Of a stretch of 36,460 nucleotides of DNA, positions 12,612 through 24,515 are shown one piece after another. A model generated the notes under the pieces. The model was given only the letters and a program-made list of their open reading frames with translations, was not told the origin of the DNA and searched no databases. This DNA comes from Hyphochytrium catenoides. Taxonomy: Eukaryota; Protista; Hyphochytriomycota. The stretch lies in NCBI GenBank assembly GCA_900088475.1, contig FLMG01002560.1, forward strand, positions 1-36,460. The letters run 5' to 3'. A program made the translations under genes and the position numbers. Each line of letters begins with the position of its first letter. Within the stretch, counting starts at the first letter, position 1.

Positions 12612-13077
12612 AGGAAGAGAGAGAGAGAAAGAGAGGAAAGGAAAAGAGAGAGAGAGAGAGAAGGAAAAGAGAGAGAAGAAGGAAAGAGTGAAGTAAGAGA
12701 GGGAGAGGAAAGAGAGAGGACAAAGAAACAGAGAGAAGAAAGAGAGAGGACAGAAAGAGAGAGGAACAGAAAAATGAGGGAGAGAGAAAGAGAACAGGAA
12801 AAGGAGAGAGAGAGAGAACGATAGTGGGATGAGGGCCGGGAGGAAGAAAACGGAGAAAGGAGGGACGAAAGAGCACCGATAAAGGGCGTTAGTGCTGACG
12901 GAGACATGGGAGACAAGAAAGAGAGAGAGAGCATAGAGAGAGAGAGAGGCCAGGACTGATCAGAGCAAGGAGGCCGAGAAGATAGGAGAGCTGAAAGGAG
13001 AACAGGAGAGAGAGAGGCGCCAGAACCCAAAGTAAAGACAGAGCGTTATAGGAACGAGGGAGAAAGAGACAAGATAG

Positions 13078-13115
<38 letters not shown>

Positions 13116-13383
13116 CAGGCAGTCAAGCGTTGTGTCTATTACCAAGGAAGAGTCGCTTGAGATTGCTGAAGGTGCACCTGAACTGCCAGTCGGTGATCCT
13201 GTTCTGTGTGAGGATGATCGTGTGAAGAGAGGAGGCAACTCTCTCTTCTCTCTTCTCTCTCTCTTCTTCTCCCCCGTCAAGCTCTCTCTCCTTGTCCTCC
13301 TCCACCTCAAGCAGCCTCCGATGGGGAATGGCCACGAGTCCCGCGTTATAAAAATCCTTCGTGAGCCGCCTACCGGCATCCAT
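11297..13383 (-). CDS. Leucine-rich repeat protein (SDS22/U2A'-like, with LRRcap); exons approx. 13383-13143, 12574-12456, 12148-11988, (unresolved), 11499-11297
   Basis: LxxLxLxxN repeats: LHTIILTQNRI, LKRLFLGINAL, LEELYLHNNFI, LRILDLRQNQL, LQSLSLSGNKL, LEKLAVYGN. The terminal segment has an LRRcap-like QYKASLYATLSRLEWLDG. The start site and the junction between 11988 and 11499 are uncertain. Confidence 0.78.
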
Positions 13384-13951
13384 TTCTCGTTCTCTCTCTC
13401 CTTCTTCTCTCTCTCTCCTTTCTCTCTTTCTCTCCTGCCTTACTCTCTTCTGTTTCTCTGTCTCTCTTCGTTGGCCTGCTGTTACCACGTCCTCCCTGTC
13501 TCTTCTCTTGTGAGATTTATTGGGTCTCTCTCTCAGTCCAGCTCACCACCGCTTTGAAACCCTTTCCTCCTCTCTCTCCTCCTTTTCTCTCTAACTCCGC
13601 CACTCTCTCCGCCACCCTCTCTCCTCTCTCTCCTCTCTCTCTCTCTTTCTCTCTCTGTCCTCTCTCTCGCTCTCCTCTCTACCTTTTTTCTCTCTCTCTC
13701 TCTCTCTCTCCCTCCTCTCTCTCTCCCTCTCTCTCTCTCTGTTCCTGTATCATGGGTGTAGTTTTGGATTCTTAATTAAGTACTCTTCCGAATCTAAAGA
13801 AAAGTCCTGTGTCTTGAAAGTACGGCTCTTATATAAATGCCTAACTTAGAGAACACAAAAGGTTAAGCGTACCGAGATTAAGGCTCTATCTCAAATCTCT
13901 GTTGACTCTGCCATTTCTGATTCCTGTCTTCTTTCTCCCCACCTCCTTTCA

Positions 13952-14031
<80 letters not shown>

Positions 14032-14140
14032 TTTCTCTATGCTGCTGCTCTCCCCTGTTCCTTCAGAGAAACGCCCTGCCTGCCTTCTTTCCCACTGATT
14101 GCTTTCCTCGCCATTCGCTATCTCCAGGTCCACCTCGGCA

Positions 14141-14720
14141 GCGTCACACTCTCAGAGAAGAGAGAGAAAGACTTCTGCCTGCAGTGCATGATCCCCGTAA
14201 CTCAGCGCCTCACAGAGTCTTTTTCCTTTCTTTCCAGGCTCGCTCTGTCTCTTCTTTCTCGCTTTCTCTTCGTGTCCCTCTCTTTCNNNNNNNNNNNNNN
14301 NNNNNNNNNNNNNNNNNNNNNNNNNNNNNNNNNNNNNNNNNNNNNNNNNNNNNNNNNNNNNNNNNNNNNNNNNNNNNNNNNNNNNNNNNNNNNNNNNNNN
14401 NNNNNNNNNNNNNNNNNNNNNNNNNNNNNNNNNNNNNNNNNNNNNNNNNNNNNNNNNNNNNNNNNNNNNNNNNNNNNNNNNNNNNNNNNNNNNNNNNNNN
14501 NNNNNNNNNNNNNNNNNNNNNNNNNNNNNNNNNNNNNNNNNNNNNNNNNNNNNNNNNNNNNNNNNNNNNNNNNNNNGCGTCACACTCTCAGAGAAGAGAG
14601 AGAAAGACTTCTGCCTGCAGTGCATGGTCCCCGTAACTCAGCGCCTCACAGAGTCTTATCCCTTTCTTTCCAGGCTCGCTTTGTCTCTTCTTCTCTCGCT
14701 TTCTCTTCGTGTCCCGCTCT
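14141..14720 (+). repeat. ~145-bp imperfect direct duplication (14141-14286 and 14577-~14720) flanking a 290-N gap
   Basis: GCGTCACACTCTCAGAGAAG...CAGGCTCGC occurs on both sides of the gap with a few substitutions. Confidence 0.9.
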
Positions 14721-14825
14721 TCCTCTTCGTGTCCCTCTCTCTGTCTCTCTGTCTCTCCCAATCTCTCTCTCCCTCTTGCTTTCTCTCCCTGCAGTTTCAG
14801 TTGCCAGAAAATGCCCTACATCTAG

Positions 14826-14871
<46 letters not shown>

Positions 14872-14885
14872 ACGCCTCAACCACA

Positions 14886-16551
14886 ATGGAGCTCCTACCT
14901 CGCGCCATCTCTAAAGCAAGCAGCTCCCCAGGATTCCCCCGACTCTGTCTCTTCTCCCAGCCGCGGCGCTTCATCCTCACAAAGTCTTTGAAGAAGATCT
15001 GGGGCCAGCATCTGTTAGAGAATCGGCAGGTGGTCGAGACAATTCTGAAGCGCGCGGCGGTGCAACCTTCCGACAGACTTCTGGAGATCGGGCCTGGGAC
15101 CGGGAATGTGACGCTGGAGCTGCTGCGGCGCTCCGACCGCGTCGTCAACGTGATTGAGCTGGACACCAGGATGATACCAGAGCTTCAGGTCAGGGAAAAA
15201 GGGGAGGCCTCTCTCTCTGTCTCTGTCTCGTAGTCTCTCTCTTTTCCTCTCTCGGTCTCTCTCTCTTTTTCTCTCTCTGTGCTTCTCTTTTTGTCTCTCT
15301 CTGTGTCTCTCTCTCCCTTTGTTTCTTTTCTCTCGAGTCACTGGGTTTGCCTCAAATGTAGTGGTCTCTCTGTCTTTATCTCTCTCCTTCCTTAGTATCT
15401 GCCGCTCGCTGCCCTCTCGACACTCTCTTTGTGCGCCGCTGAGTCTCACTCTCTCCGCCTCCTCCAGTACGTCCAACTCAGCTTACTTTCCTCTCCAATC
15501 TTTGTCTCTTTCGCTCTCTCTCTTTCGCTCTCTCTCTTTCGCTCTCTCTCTCGTCTCTCTCTCTCGTCTCTCTAGCTCTACGATGCGCGTTCTCTTGTTT
15601 CCTTCTCTGAGAATGGTGTATATTGATCTCGGCCTCCCTTGCATAACCCCGCTTTCTCTTTCTCTCTCTCTCTCTCTTTTCTCTCTCTCTCTTCTCTCCC
15701 TCTCCCTCTCTCTCTTTCTCTCTCTCGCTCTCTCTTTCTCTCGCTCTCTCTTTCTCGTTCCCCCCTGTGTGTGTGTGCGCCTCTCTCTCTTCTCTCTCTC
15801 TCTCTCTCTTGCTCTGCCTTTCTCTCTTCGTCTCTCCTGCAGGCCCGCGTATCTTCTGAGGGCCTGTCTGCAAAGCTGAATATTATCTTAGGAGACGCGA
15901 CGAAGATAAAGTTTCCTCCGTTCGACGTCTGTGTCGCGAATGTTCCCTATCAGATCTCCTCGCCGCTGATGGACAAGCTGCTCCTTGAGTGCGGAGGGCA
16001 GTTCGACAGGGCCATTCTCATGTTCCAGAAGGAATTTGCAGACCGACTGTTGGCCAGGTACCGAAGAAAAGAGAGAGAGAGAGAGAGAAGGACAGAGAGA
16101 GAGAGAGATCTTCAGCAGAGCAATTGCTTCTCGTGAACTACCTCTCTCTCTCTGTCTGTTGTGTTCATTCATTACCTTCCCATGGCATATTCCTCCCTGC
16201 GGTAGTCCTTTCTCACGTGCTTTTTTTTTGGATCAATCTTAGTTCCTCTCTCTCTCCCTCTCTCTCTCTCTCTTTCCGCTTCACTACTAGCTTTGTGCTC
16301 TTTATTATCTACTATTCTCTCTCTCTCCTCTAATCCCCTGTCCCTCCGCTCTCTCTCTCTCCTGCTCTTGGCCTGCCTCCTGCAGTCCTGGCAGTCAGGT
16401 GTACAGCCGCCTGAGTGTGAACACTGCCTTGCTCTCGGACGTCGACCGCGTGATAAATGTTAGCAGACAGAGCTTCCGTCCTCCTCCGCAGGTGGACTCC
16501 ACCGTTGTCAGAGTCAAACCAAAGGCCGTCCCTGAGGACGTAGACCCACTG

Positions 16552-16600
<49 letters not shown>

Positions 16601-17474
16601 GTCTGTCTGTTTCGCTCTCTCTCTCTGTTTCGCTCTCTCCCTCTCTGTTTCGCTCTCTCTCTCTGTTGTCTCTTTCTTTCTCAGTCCGTTGTTCTCGTTA
16701 TTTCTCTCTCTTGTCTCCTCTAACTTGCTCAACGAATGACTGACTGGATATATTTGGCCACTCTCTGTGTGTTTTAGGAGTTTGACGCGATGCTTCGGCT
16801 CTGTTTCCTTCGGAAGAACAAGACGCTACGAGCTTCCTTTCTCTCCAAATATGGGCAAGGCGCCCTGTTCAGAGAAGGAGACGAAGGAGAGAAGACGTCA
16901 GTGGACAAAGGAGAGGTGGAGGAAATTCTGACGGCCAGTGGGAGGCAGGGCAGCAGGGCCGTACAGCTCAGCGCAGAGGATTATCTAAGGTTTTGAGTGG
17001 CTAACACTATCTTTTCTGCCCTTGCTCTCTCTCTCTCTCTCTGCTTTTCATTCTTCTTTCACGGCTTTGACTTGCCGTCTCGCTCCTTTCTCTCGGGTCT
17101 CCGTCCATTGCTATCTTTGGAGCAGTCATTTTTGGGGCTTCTCTCCCTCTCTCGTTCCACTTCCTTCCTATGTAGCGCTATTAGAGATGTCTAGTTCTAT
17201 GTCTCTTTCCCAGAGCTGTCCCTTTCCTTTCTTTCCGTGTCCAAGCCGTTCAGTTCAAGTTGCTTCCCTTTACTTATACTTTCCTTCTCTCTCTCTCTTC
17301 AGCCTCTATCGGCAATTCAAGGCTGCGGGCGTGTCCTTCACAAGTGATCGGATGCAGTCGGAAGCGACTCGGGTAAAGGGTGAGGCCCCGCCTCCAGTGG
17401 TTACTGAGGAGGAACTTTCAAGCGCCACGGAGGAACAGACTGAGGCGAAGGAAGAGGAGAAAAGGAACAGCTGA
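14886..17474 (+). CDS. DIM1: DIM1/KsgA-family rRNA adenine N6,N6-dimethyltransferase, possibly organelle-targeted; exons approx. 14886-15188, 15843-16057, 16386-16551, 16778-16989, 17303-17474
   Basis: Contains [91 protein letters not shown] and AAGVSF. All junctions are GT-AG and in phase. Confidence 0.93.
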
Positions 17475-17888
17475 TCGAGGACACACAGAGGAAGATAAGG
17501 ACAGAGAGACAGACAGAGAAAAGAGGAATGGCCTGCATCCCGCTGTGAACGGAAGGAACTCCAGTGGTGGAGACAGATAGCCAATGACAGCGTCAAAGGA
17601 GATGGAGAAACAAATACTACTGAACGGCTCCAAAACAGAGAGAAGCAGAGAGAGAAGGGCAAAAAGCTAAATTTGGCTCCAGAGAGAGACTGATACAACT
17701 GAGGAGTCTCCTATTGTCTGTTATGGGCTTGGCCTTCATGTTTCTCTTCTCTTTCTTAGGCCCTGCTGCCCATAGATCTTAAGCGAGCAGGAAGAGAGAA
17801 TGAGCAACGAAAACAGCTGTTTGTTCTCTCTCTCGCCCTCTCTCTCTCTCTCTCTCTTCTATAGCTATCCGCCACAGAGGCAGAACCG

Positions 17889-20242
17889 TTAGAAGAGCGG
17901 TCCTAGCACGTGTTTCATATAATGACAGAATTTCTCGTCCTTGAAATAGTCAGGGAGCTGGTCCACCGTAATCCACGCGTAGTCATCATACCGCTTCTTG
18001 CTAATCTTAACGCGGCCCTTGGCCAGAGTGTACCGGAAGTAGAACACCTGTGGGCGGGTTGGGAAAGAAGAAGCACCGGATAAGAAGAGAAGTCAGCGAG
18101 GGAAGACAGAGCATCTGCGACAGGCTGATATGAACACAAGGTACTCGCGTCCAAGAAGAGAGAACTTCATCTTGAAGGGAGAGGAGTAAGCAAGGTGAAG
18201 GGAAGGGTTAGCGAGCAACGGCAATCAGAGAGGAGAGAAGAACAACCTTCTCTCCGTAAGTCTGCAGTTCCTTTTGCTGTTCTTCACTATATGGTGTCTG
18301 TGTGAAGGCGAGGGGACTGTAGCTCGCCGGGTAGAGCTCTATCTCCTTCCCGAGATCGCCGATGAGGTTGAACATTAAGCCCTGCAAGAGAAGGAAAGAG
18401 AACGACAGGTGAGTGACCCAGACAATCCTCTTCTATCGTTCGAGTATTCTCCAATCCACATTACCTTCTCTTTTAACTCTGTCTCTCTCTCTCTGTGTCT
18501 CCTTTCCTACTTTTCCACACTTACATTGCGCATCTTCCTCCCTTCCATGGGTTCGGCAGAGGGGAAACACCAATCTTGTCCCTTGGGCTTGACAAGCAAA
18601 TATAGCATCCGTTCCAGAGCACGGTCCAAGGAGCGGCGGTTATCCTCAAGATCTGCAGGCAGAGAGATAAAAAGAGTAAGAGACAGAGAAAGAGAGAATG
18701 AGAGAGAGTTACAAAGATAGAGACAGTGAGAACTCAAAAAGTACGAGACGTCCGCAGCGGCCACACTATTGAGTAACGAAATGACGGGCGCAGCCTAAGA
18801 GATGTAACCTGAGAGAGAGAGACAGAAGAAGAGACGCAGAGAGGGAGAGATCCCTTACAGGCAGAAGGAACAGGGTAGGGAAGGAAAGGAGCGAAGCCAG
18901 AGGCACTGCCCTACCGTCTTTGGTCACGCGGACCGGCGGACTTTCCTTCTTAGTTTCAAAATCATCGCCTTCGGTATTGCTTATCTTGTGGGAGGTGTCG
19001 ATTCCTAAGTCATCGGGCAGTTCCTGGACGCCACGCGGTAAGGAGATGAAGAGAGAGAGGAATGATAAGGAGTGAGCTACGGATAGACAGAGTAATGCAA
19101 AGGACAGACTACCGGCCCTTGAGATGTATTAGCAATCTCTATGTCTTTCTCTTTGACACGCTTACTCACCCTTCCAAACTGCTTCCTTCTCAGCTCCTGC
19201 AGCTGCAGCATATCGACCTCCCACTGCGGAGGCTCTGGGGTAATCTCCGGCCATCGGTCAATAATGCTACGATAAAGACCACAATAGGCATTGATAGAGA
19301 AGATAGGCGACCTGGTGAGTCTCTGTCGTAGATATAAAGGCCAAGAGCAAAGAAAGAAAGAGAGGGAGATACAGCCGGATAGCGGCCAGGCGCTGTTGAT
19401 GGCATGAGAAAGGAGAGAGTGATATAAAAGACGAAAGGACTGAGCATGTAGTGCCTTCAAAGGCATTGGAAGCTTGACAGAGGGAAAAAAGAGATCTGAG
19501 AAAAAGAGGAAGATCCGAGCTATCGCAACCTTGATAGGGAGGCGATGAGGATAATGAGACCGGGAGAGAGAACGGCTGTAGACAGGAGATGGACCAGGAT
19601 AGCAAAGGAGGACAAGAAGCAGAGTTTTCTTCTCTCTATCTCTCTTTCTCTCTGTCACTTCTTACCCTGCAAATCTGATGTTCCATGGCGTGGGAAACTC
19701 ACTTGCTTCCTCGTCCTGTTGCTCAAACACGAGGCCCGGGGTGCCCGTGACTTCGTCCACCAAACGCCTAATGTCTTCCTTTGTGTTTCTTTTGCCATAG
19801 TACCGCGGCTTGCCCGTGCGCCGCCGCGAGCGATCCTTCTCCCTGATCTTCTTTTTAATGGTTCCGATCGCGCGAGGATGGTCTTTCTTCTCACCTAAGA
19901 CGCAAAAGATCAAAAGAGATAGGCTTTGCGTTGGCGACACGAGATACAAGCCACCAGTGAGGACGGAGGGCGACCGAAGAGGGATGATCTCCTGGAAGAA
20001 GAGATGAAGATAGGACCAAGAAGGCGTAATCTTTATAAGCTAGATCTGAATGGACAGAGATATGACTAAGCTGGGTCAAAAGGGGAGGAAACACCATGGC
20101 CCACACCTTTAGGTTCCAGGGGAACGTAAAGTTTGTTCCTCACTTGCTGTGACACCAGGGCCGTGGCTCCTACGAGAGACTTCCACTGGCGCTCGCTGGC
20201 CGAGCCGATGCACCGCCGACCAGCAGCCGCAAGCCCAATCAT
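17889..20242 (-). CDS. MRPL46: Mitochondrial ribosomal protein L46 (mL46, Nudix-like fold); exons approx. 20242-20107, 19894-19666, 19266-19170, 19023-18915, 18652-18525, 18381-18247, 18047-17889
   Basis: Arg-rich N-terminus, then WNIRFAGIIDRWPEITPEPPQWE, RVTKDDLEDNRRSLDRALERMLYLLVK..WCFP, GEKVFYFR and YDDYAWITVDQL, which are hallmark mL46 blocks. Junctions are in-phase GT-AG. Confidence 0.88.
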
Positions 20243-20938
20243 CTCTCCTTTTTCACCTCTCACAAGACGAGAAGAATACTATAGCATCCGTATAATACTT
20301 TGCTTAGAGAGTAGAGAAGGAGTCTCAGAACTGCTCACGCCCGTCGCTATAAATAGAGGCCTCCTGAATCGTGGGCTCTGCAAGAGCTTCAGCAACTCTT
20401 TCTAATGAGGATTATGAATTTCGCAGCTTTGGCAATAATCTCCATTTCCCGTCTGCGGAGCACTGCACCGCCAGCCACCTGAACTCATTAGGGACGTTAG
20501 CGGCTAGCAGTGTTACCGTTAACGGCATTTGTTGTTCCCACCAGTAACGGCTCCCAAGATTCCAAGAGACACAAGAAACAAGATTGAGGAAGGGGAAGAG
20601 AGAAAGAGAGAGAGGGAGAGAGAGAGAGAGGGAGAGAGACGGAGAGAAAGACACGAAGAAGAGGGAAGAAAGAGTATGGTAAGGCTGACAACCGAGAGAC
20701 AGAGAGAGAGAGTGATAGCATGGTGGCCACTGCGTGAGCGCAGTCCCGGGGGCCCGGTTTCGCATAGATCCCGGTCGCCCTCTGCTGCAGCCTGAGTACT
20801 CTCTCTCACTCCTGAAAGTCATAGGAACCGCGTCCTTGACTGTCTTATCCTTCCGGTGCTTCTACCCGCACGTCAGGGGCTTCGAGGAGGACACAGAAAG
20901 AGAGAGAAACAGGAGGAGAGTGAGAGAGAGAGAGAGAG

Positions 20939-21001
<63 letters not shown>

Positions 21002-21070
21002 CTCTACATATAGAGACAGCAGCAAACAGCAGCAACCAAGAGCAACCAGTCAGGGCCAGTAATCAGCACC

Positions 21071-22086
21071 ATGGCTGGGGACATGAACGCCGTCATGGAG
21101 AGAGCAGCCAAATTCCTGTCCTCTCAGGAATTTGAAGAGAAGACGGACGCTTTCCTCAGGTCAGTCATTGACTTCGCTCCTTTTCCCTCTTCCCTTCTTA
21201 AGCCCTGAGGTGGTGAGACTGAGCTCCTTTGTCGTCCTTCAGGGAGAACGCCAAGCTTCTCTATGACTCCGCTCAGCTTCCAAGCGGGGAGGCGGAACAT
21301 AAACATGAGTACGCGCGAGTCCTTGCCCTCCCTCCTTGTCTCCCATCGCGTTTCTGGTGTCCTTAGTCGTCCGGAAGTTCTTCTTCTCTTTGCCAGGTCT
21401 TCTTGATGAAGGTGGCCCCTCTCCTTCACGCTGTTATAGCACTGATTAGACCAAACCGATCTCTACCTTTCACGTCTCCTTTTGCTCTTCCCGTCTTCCG
21501 CGTCATCTCCGTCTCAATAAGTTTCCGTCTAATTTCTTTGTTCCCTTGCCTCCTTTCTCTGTGCGGCGGGGCCGCGTAGGATCTACGAGCTTCACAAGAA
21601 GTTCCTAACGATGTTTGAGAGTGAGCTCGAAGGTCCGCGCTCTCAGCTATGATGACGCTTCTCTTATTTCGCACTTTGTAACGCTGGCCACTATTTGCTC
21701 ACTTCGACCTGCTGCCTGTTCTTACCTCTGGGCACAACTATCTATCACTCAGGTTTGCTAGAAAGGCGTATTGCCTGGACTTGCCGCCTAAGATGGTTGG
21801 CCCATCTCTTCCTTCTGTCTCTCAGTCAGTCATACCCTTGTTGAGCTCTGCGTGTTCACCTATTTCCTCTTTGTCTCTTTGTCCGTTTCTAGATTTTCTA
21901 AAGGACGAGGAAGTGACTGTAGACGCCTTCTTCGCGCAATGCCGCGATGCGGAAAAAGGGAAGTATACGCCACTGTTCGAGGATCACAAGTGGAAGTGGC
22001 TGGTAGACGCCATTCTCATGTACATTGACTACGGACATTTCTATGGCCTTCTACGGAATGAGGCGAGGAGACAACTGGCGAAGTAG
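21071..22086 (+). CDS. BART (ARL2-binding) domain protein; exons approx. 21071-21159, 21243-21308, 21580-21632, 21893-22086
   Basis: Spliced ~133 aa protein: FLSSQEFEEKTDAFLRENAKL..EHKHEIYELHKKFLTMFESELEDFLKDEEVTVDAFFAQC..ILMYIDYGHFYGLL. This matches the BART/ARL2BP/CFAP36 pattern. Confidence 0.82.
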
Positions 22087-22523
22087 AAGAGTGCAAATTG
22101 GCAGGACATCAGCACTGGTGACAGACGTCAAAGATGACGAGGGAGCTGGATCTTGGGATGAAATGCACGGGGGCCAAGATGACCTGAAGCAGGCTTGACA
22201 AGAAGCTCTTTCTCTCATCAACTGACAGGAGCCGAGATAGGAGACCTAACAATCTAGGACGTGTTTAACCAGGAGCTGAACGTCCGGGGAAAGAGTCTCA
22301 GGGAACAGTGTCGCAGTCTAGGACGCCTGTCTCAATCCATAAGCTCTTATTCTTTGTCAAGAGGCGTTTCCCAGTTTACATTTGCCTAATCGTAGCCCCA
22401 ACCACCGCTTCCCAGTCTTATCCCTTATTAACACACCATCCTTCGACATCTAGTCCTTTCGTTTTCTATATATCTGTACAACTCACCGATTCTGGCTTGC
22501 CCTACGTCTCGCACGATCTGCTC

Positions 22524-24162
22524 TTAACGGTTACGCCCAACCAAAGAAAGGTCGAGCCCAAGACCTAGAGAGACGTCTTCTTTTTGGGTGTCAGAATGAG
22601 AAGAAGACAAGGGATCCTCTCCTGTTGAGCCCAGGCTATCCACACTGCGCGCGGACTTTAGAATCTGTTGAGCAGCCGACCTCAAGCTTCCAGAGGAGCT
22701 GACAGCTGACTCTTTGGAGGCGGGACGGGAGTTTGCTTTATCCGGAGCAGAGGCAGTAGAACTAGCTCTCGCTTTGCTGCCCCCGGCCGGCAGTCTACCA
22801 TACCGAGAAGTGCTCTCCTTTCTGATAAAGGAGCCAAGCTTAACGAGGTGCTCCGAGATGTCCGCCTTTAGTGCTTGTAAGACATCTAGAGACGTCTCGG
22901 CCTCCTCTTGGGCCGATAGAACCACAGAGAGGAGTTGCTGATGCTCGCTTGAAGAATGAAAGCGAGTGGAGAGAGCATTGAGTGTCTTGACGATCTCTTC
23001 TTTGGCTGTCAGTTCATCTGCAAGAGTTGTTTCATATTTACGCTGTGGTTACAGGGACGGAGGTCAGATTCTGAGCGTGTAAGAAAAAGAATCAGCAGCA
23101 GCCAACATGGAAGTAGGAAACCTCTTTTCCTTTAGTCTACGGTTCTTTGCCTTCTATGGCCATCTACTGTCTCTGCTTACCAGATAGGCTGCTGCCTTGA
23201 CTTTCTTTAGGTTCTGCTTACAGTCGATAATGCGGGTTAAACAGCTTAGTAGCTTCTCGAGAGCGCCCTTCAGTGCCGTTAGATCCTCTAGGGCATCCAG
23301 TAGCTGTGGTCCTCGGTGCTGAGGGCCAGTGTGTGAGGCAGCCACTTGTTTGGAAGTCTACAATGAGAAAAAAGGTTAATGGCAAAACATTTCGTTAGTT
23401 AGAGGCAAGCCAATCAGAAGCTCTGGAAGTACTCGGTGAAGCTTCTAACCACACGTCGGCCAGGCACGGGATTGTGGAAAGCCAGAGACGAAGATTGACT
23501 AGTTGGTGCAGCTCTCCTGCAGCCACGAAGGAACAGACTCAACAGAAACTTTCCTTCTAACTCACCTTGGGCGGTGGCTGTCGCCTGCTTTGGTTGCTGC
23601 GAGATGAAGCTTGAGAGCTTCTTTCCAAAGCGGCAAGGGAGTCATTGTTCCCCATGTCCTCCACCATGCTTCCCTTCCGCACTTCTGTCTCTCGGTCTCC
23701 TGTGTCTAGCCCACCGTCTCCCTGGTCCTCGTCTAGATCATCCATCCCAGTCCGCAGTTTCTTGAGCTTCCCTAAAGTGATAGCTGCGCAGGTGTGCCTG
23801 TCGTTGTCATGCTTCTTATTCGCGAGATCTGATACCTCTCCCAGAACAGTCTGGAGCTTGGTTGCGTACAGTGGCGGCTGAGGAACCATCATAACCTCTC
23901 TCCGCACCCGCGCCACCTTTGCTGCGACGTCTCTATAGCTGGCTTCGAGGACTTTGCTCTCTCTCTCAAAGGCCGCACTGCTTCGATCCTGTCGTTCCGC
24001 AAGCTTCTGTCTCGAGGCCCGTACCTTGCAGATTGCCTCTAATGCAGTGTAGATGCCCTCCAACTCTTTCTTCGCCCGTCGCCGAGACTTAACGCTGCTG
24101 TCATCATCGCCCGAACCTGTGCTGCCCTTGGAAGGAGCCGCGGATGAGGGCTGTGAAGGCAT
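22524..24162 (-). CDS. Hypothetical alpha-helical/coiled-coil protein (~430 aa); exons approx. 24162-23566, 23357-23181, 23042-22524
   Basis: Three non-repetitive ORFs join through phase-0 GT-AG introns. The product has helical segments and Ser-rich linkers, and I recognise no domain. Confidence 0.65.
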
Positions 24163-24469
24163 AATGTAGAAGAAGAAATTGACACCAAGACACTTAACAG
24201 AAACCGGCCAGTAGAAGTACGCGATCTCGGGCTACCAGCTATCAGGTTTTAGTGTTGAGAGTGCGGCTGTAAGCAGAATGAGCTCGACGGGGCCAAGGTA
24301 ATGCGAGAACATAGAGGAAGACCGAGGGAAGAAACTTCAAAAGGTACAGACGAGATTGGCTCTCAAGACTTTAAGGTCGAGCCCGATGCATACTGCTGAC
24401 GGAACTATGTGTCCGAAGCACCCGGAAGGGCTGCGACGAGGACACACGGAAGGCTAGCAGCAAATGGAG

Positions 24470-24515
<46 letters not shown>

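Larger units (their letters stand above)
1..24512. repeat. Dense (GA)n/(TC)n dinucleotide microsatellites in introns, intergenic DNA and some exons
   Basis: Dozens of perfect and imperfect GA/TC runs are directly visible. All N gaps lie in or next to such tracts. Confidence 0.95.

Noticed and set aside
13829-13839. TATA-like sequence between the divergent LRR and DIM1 genes (similar motif near 20348)
   Set aside because: No transcription start data are available, and such short motifs occur by chance.
540-17200. Numerous 60-300 aa ORFs rich in SLSLSL or ERERER
   Set aside because: They are translations of (CT)n/(GA)n microsatellites, which lack stop codons, and lie in introns or antisense to real genes.
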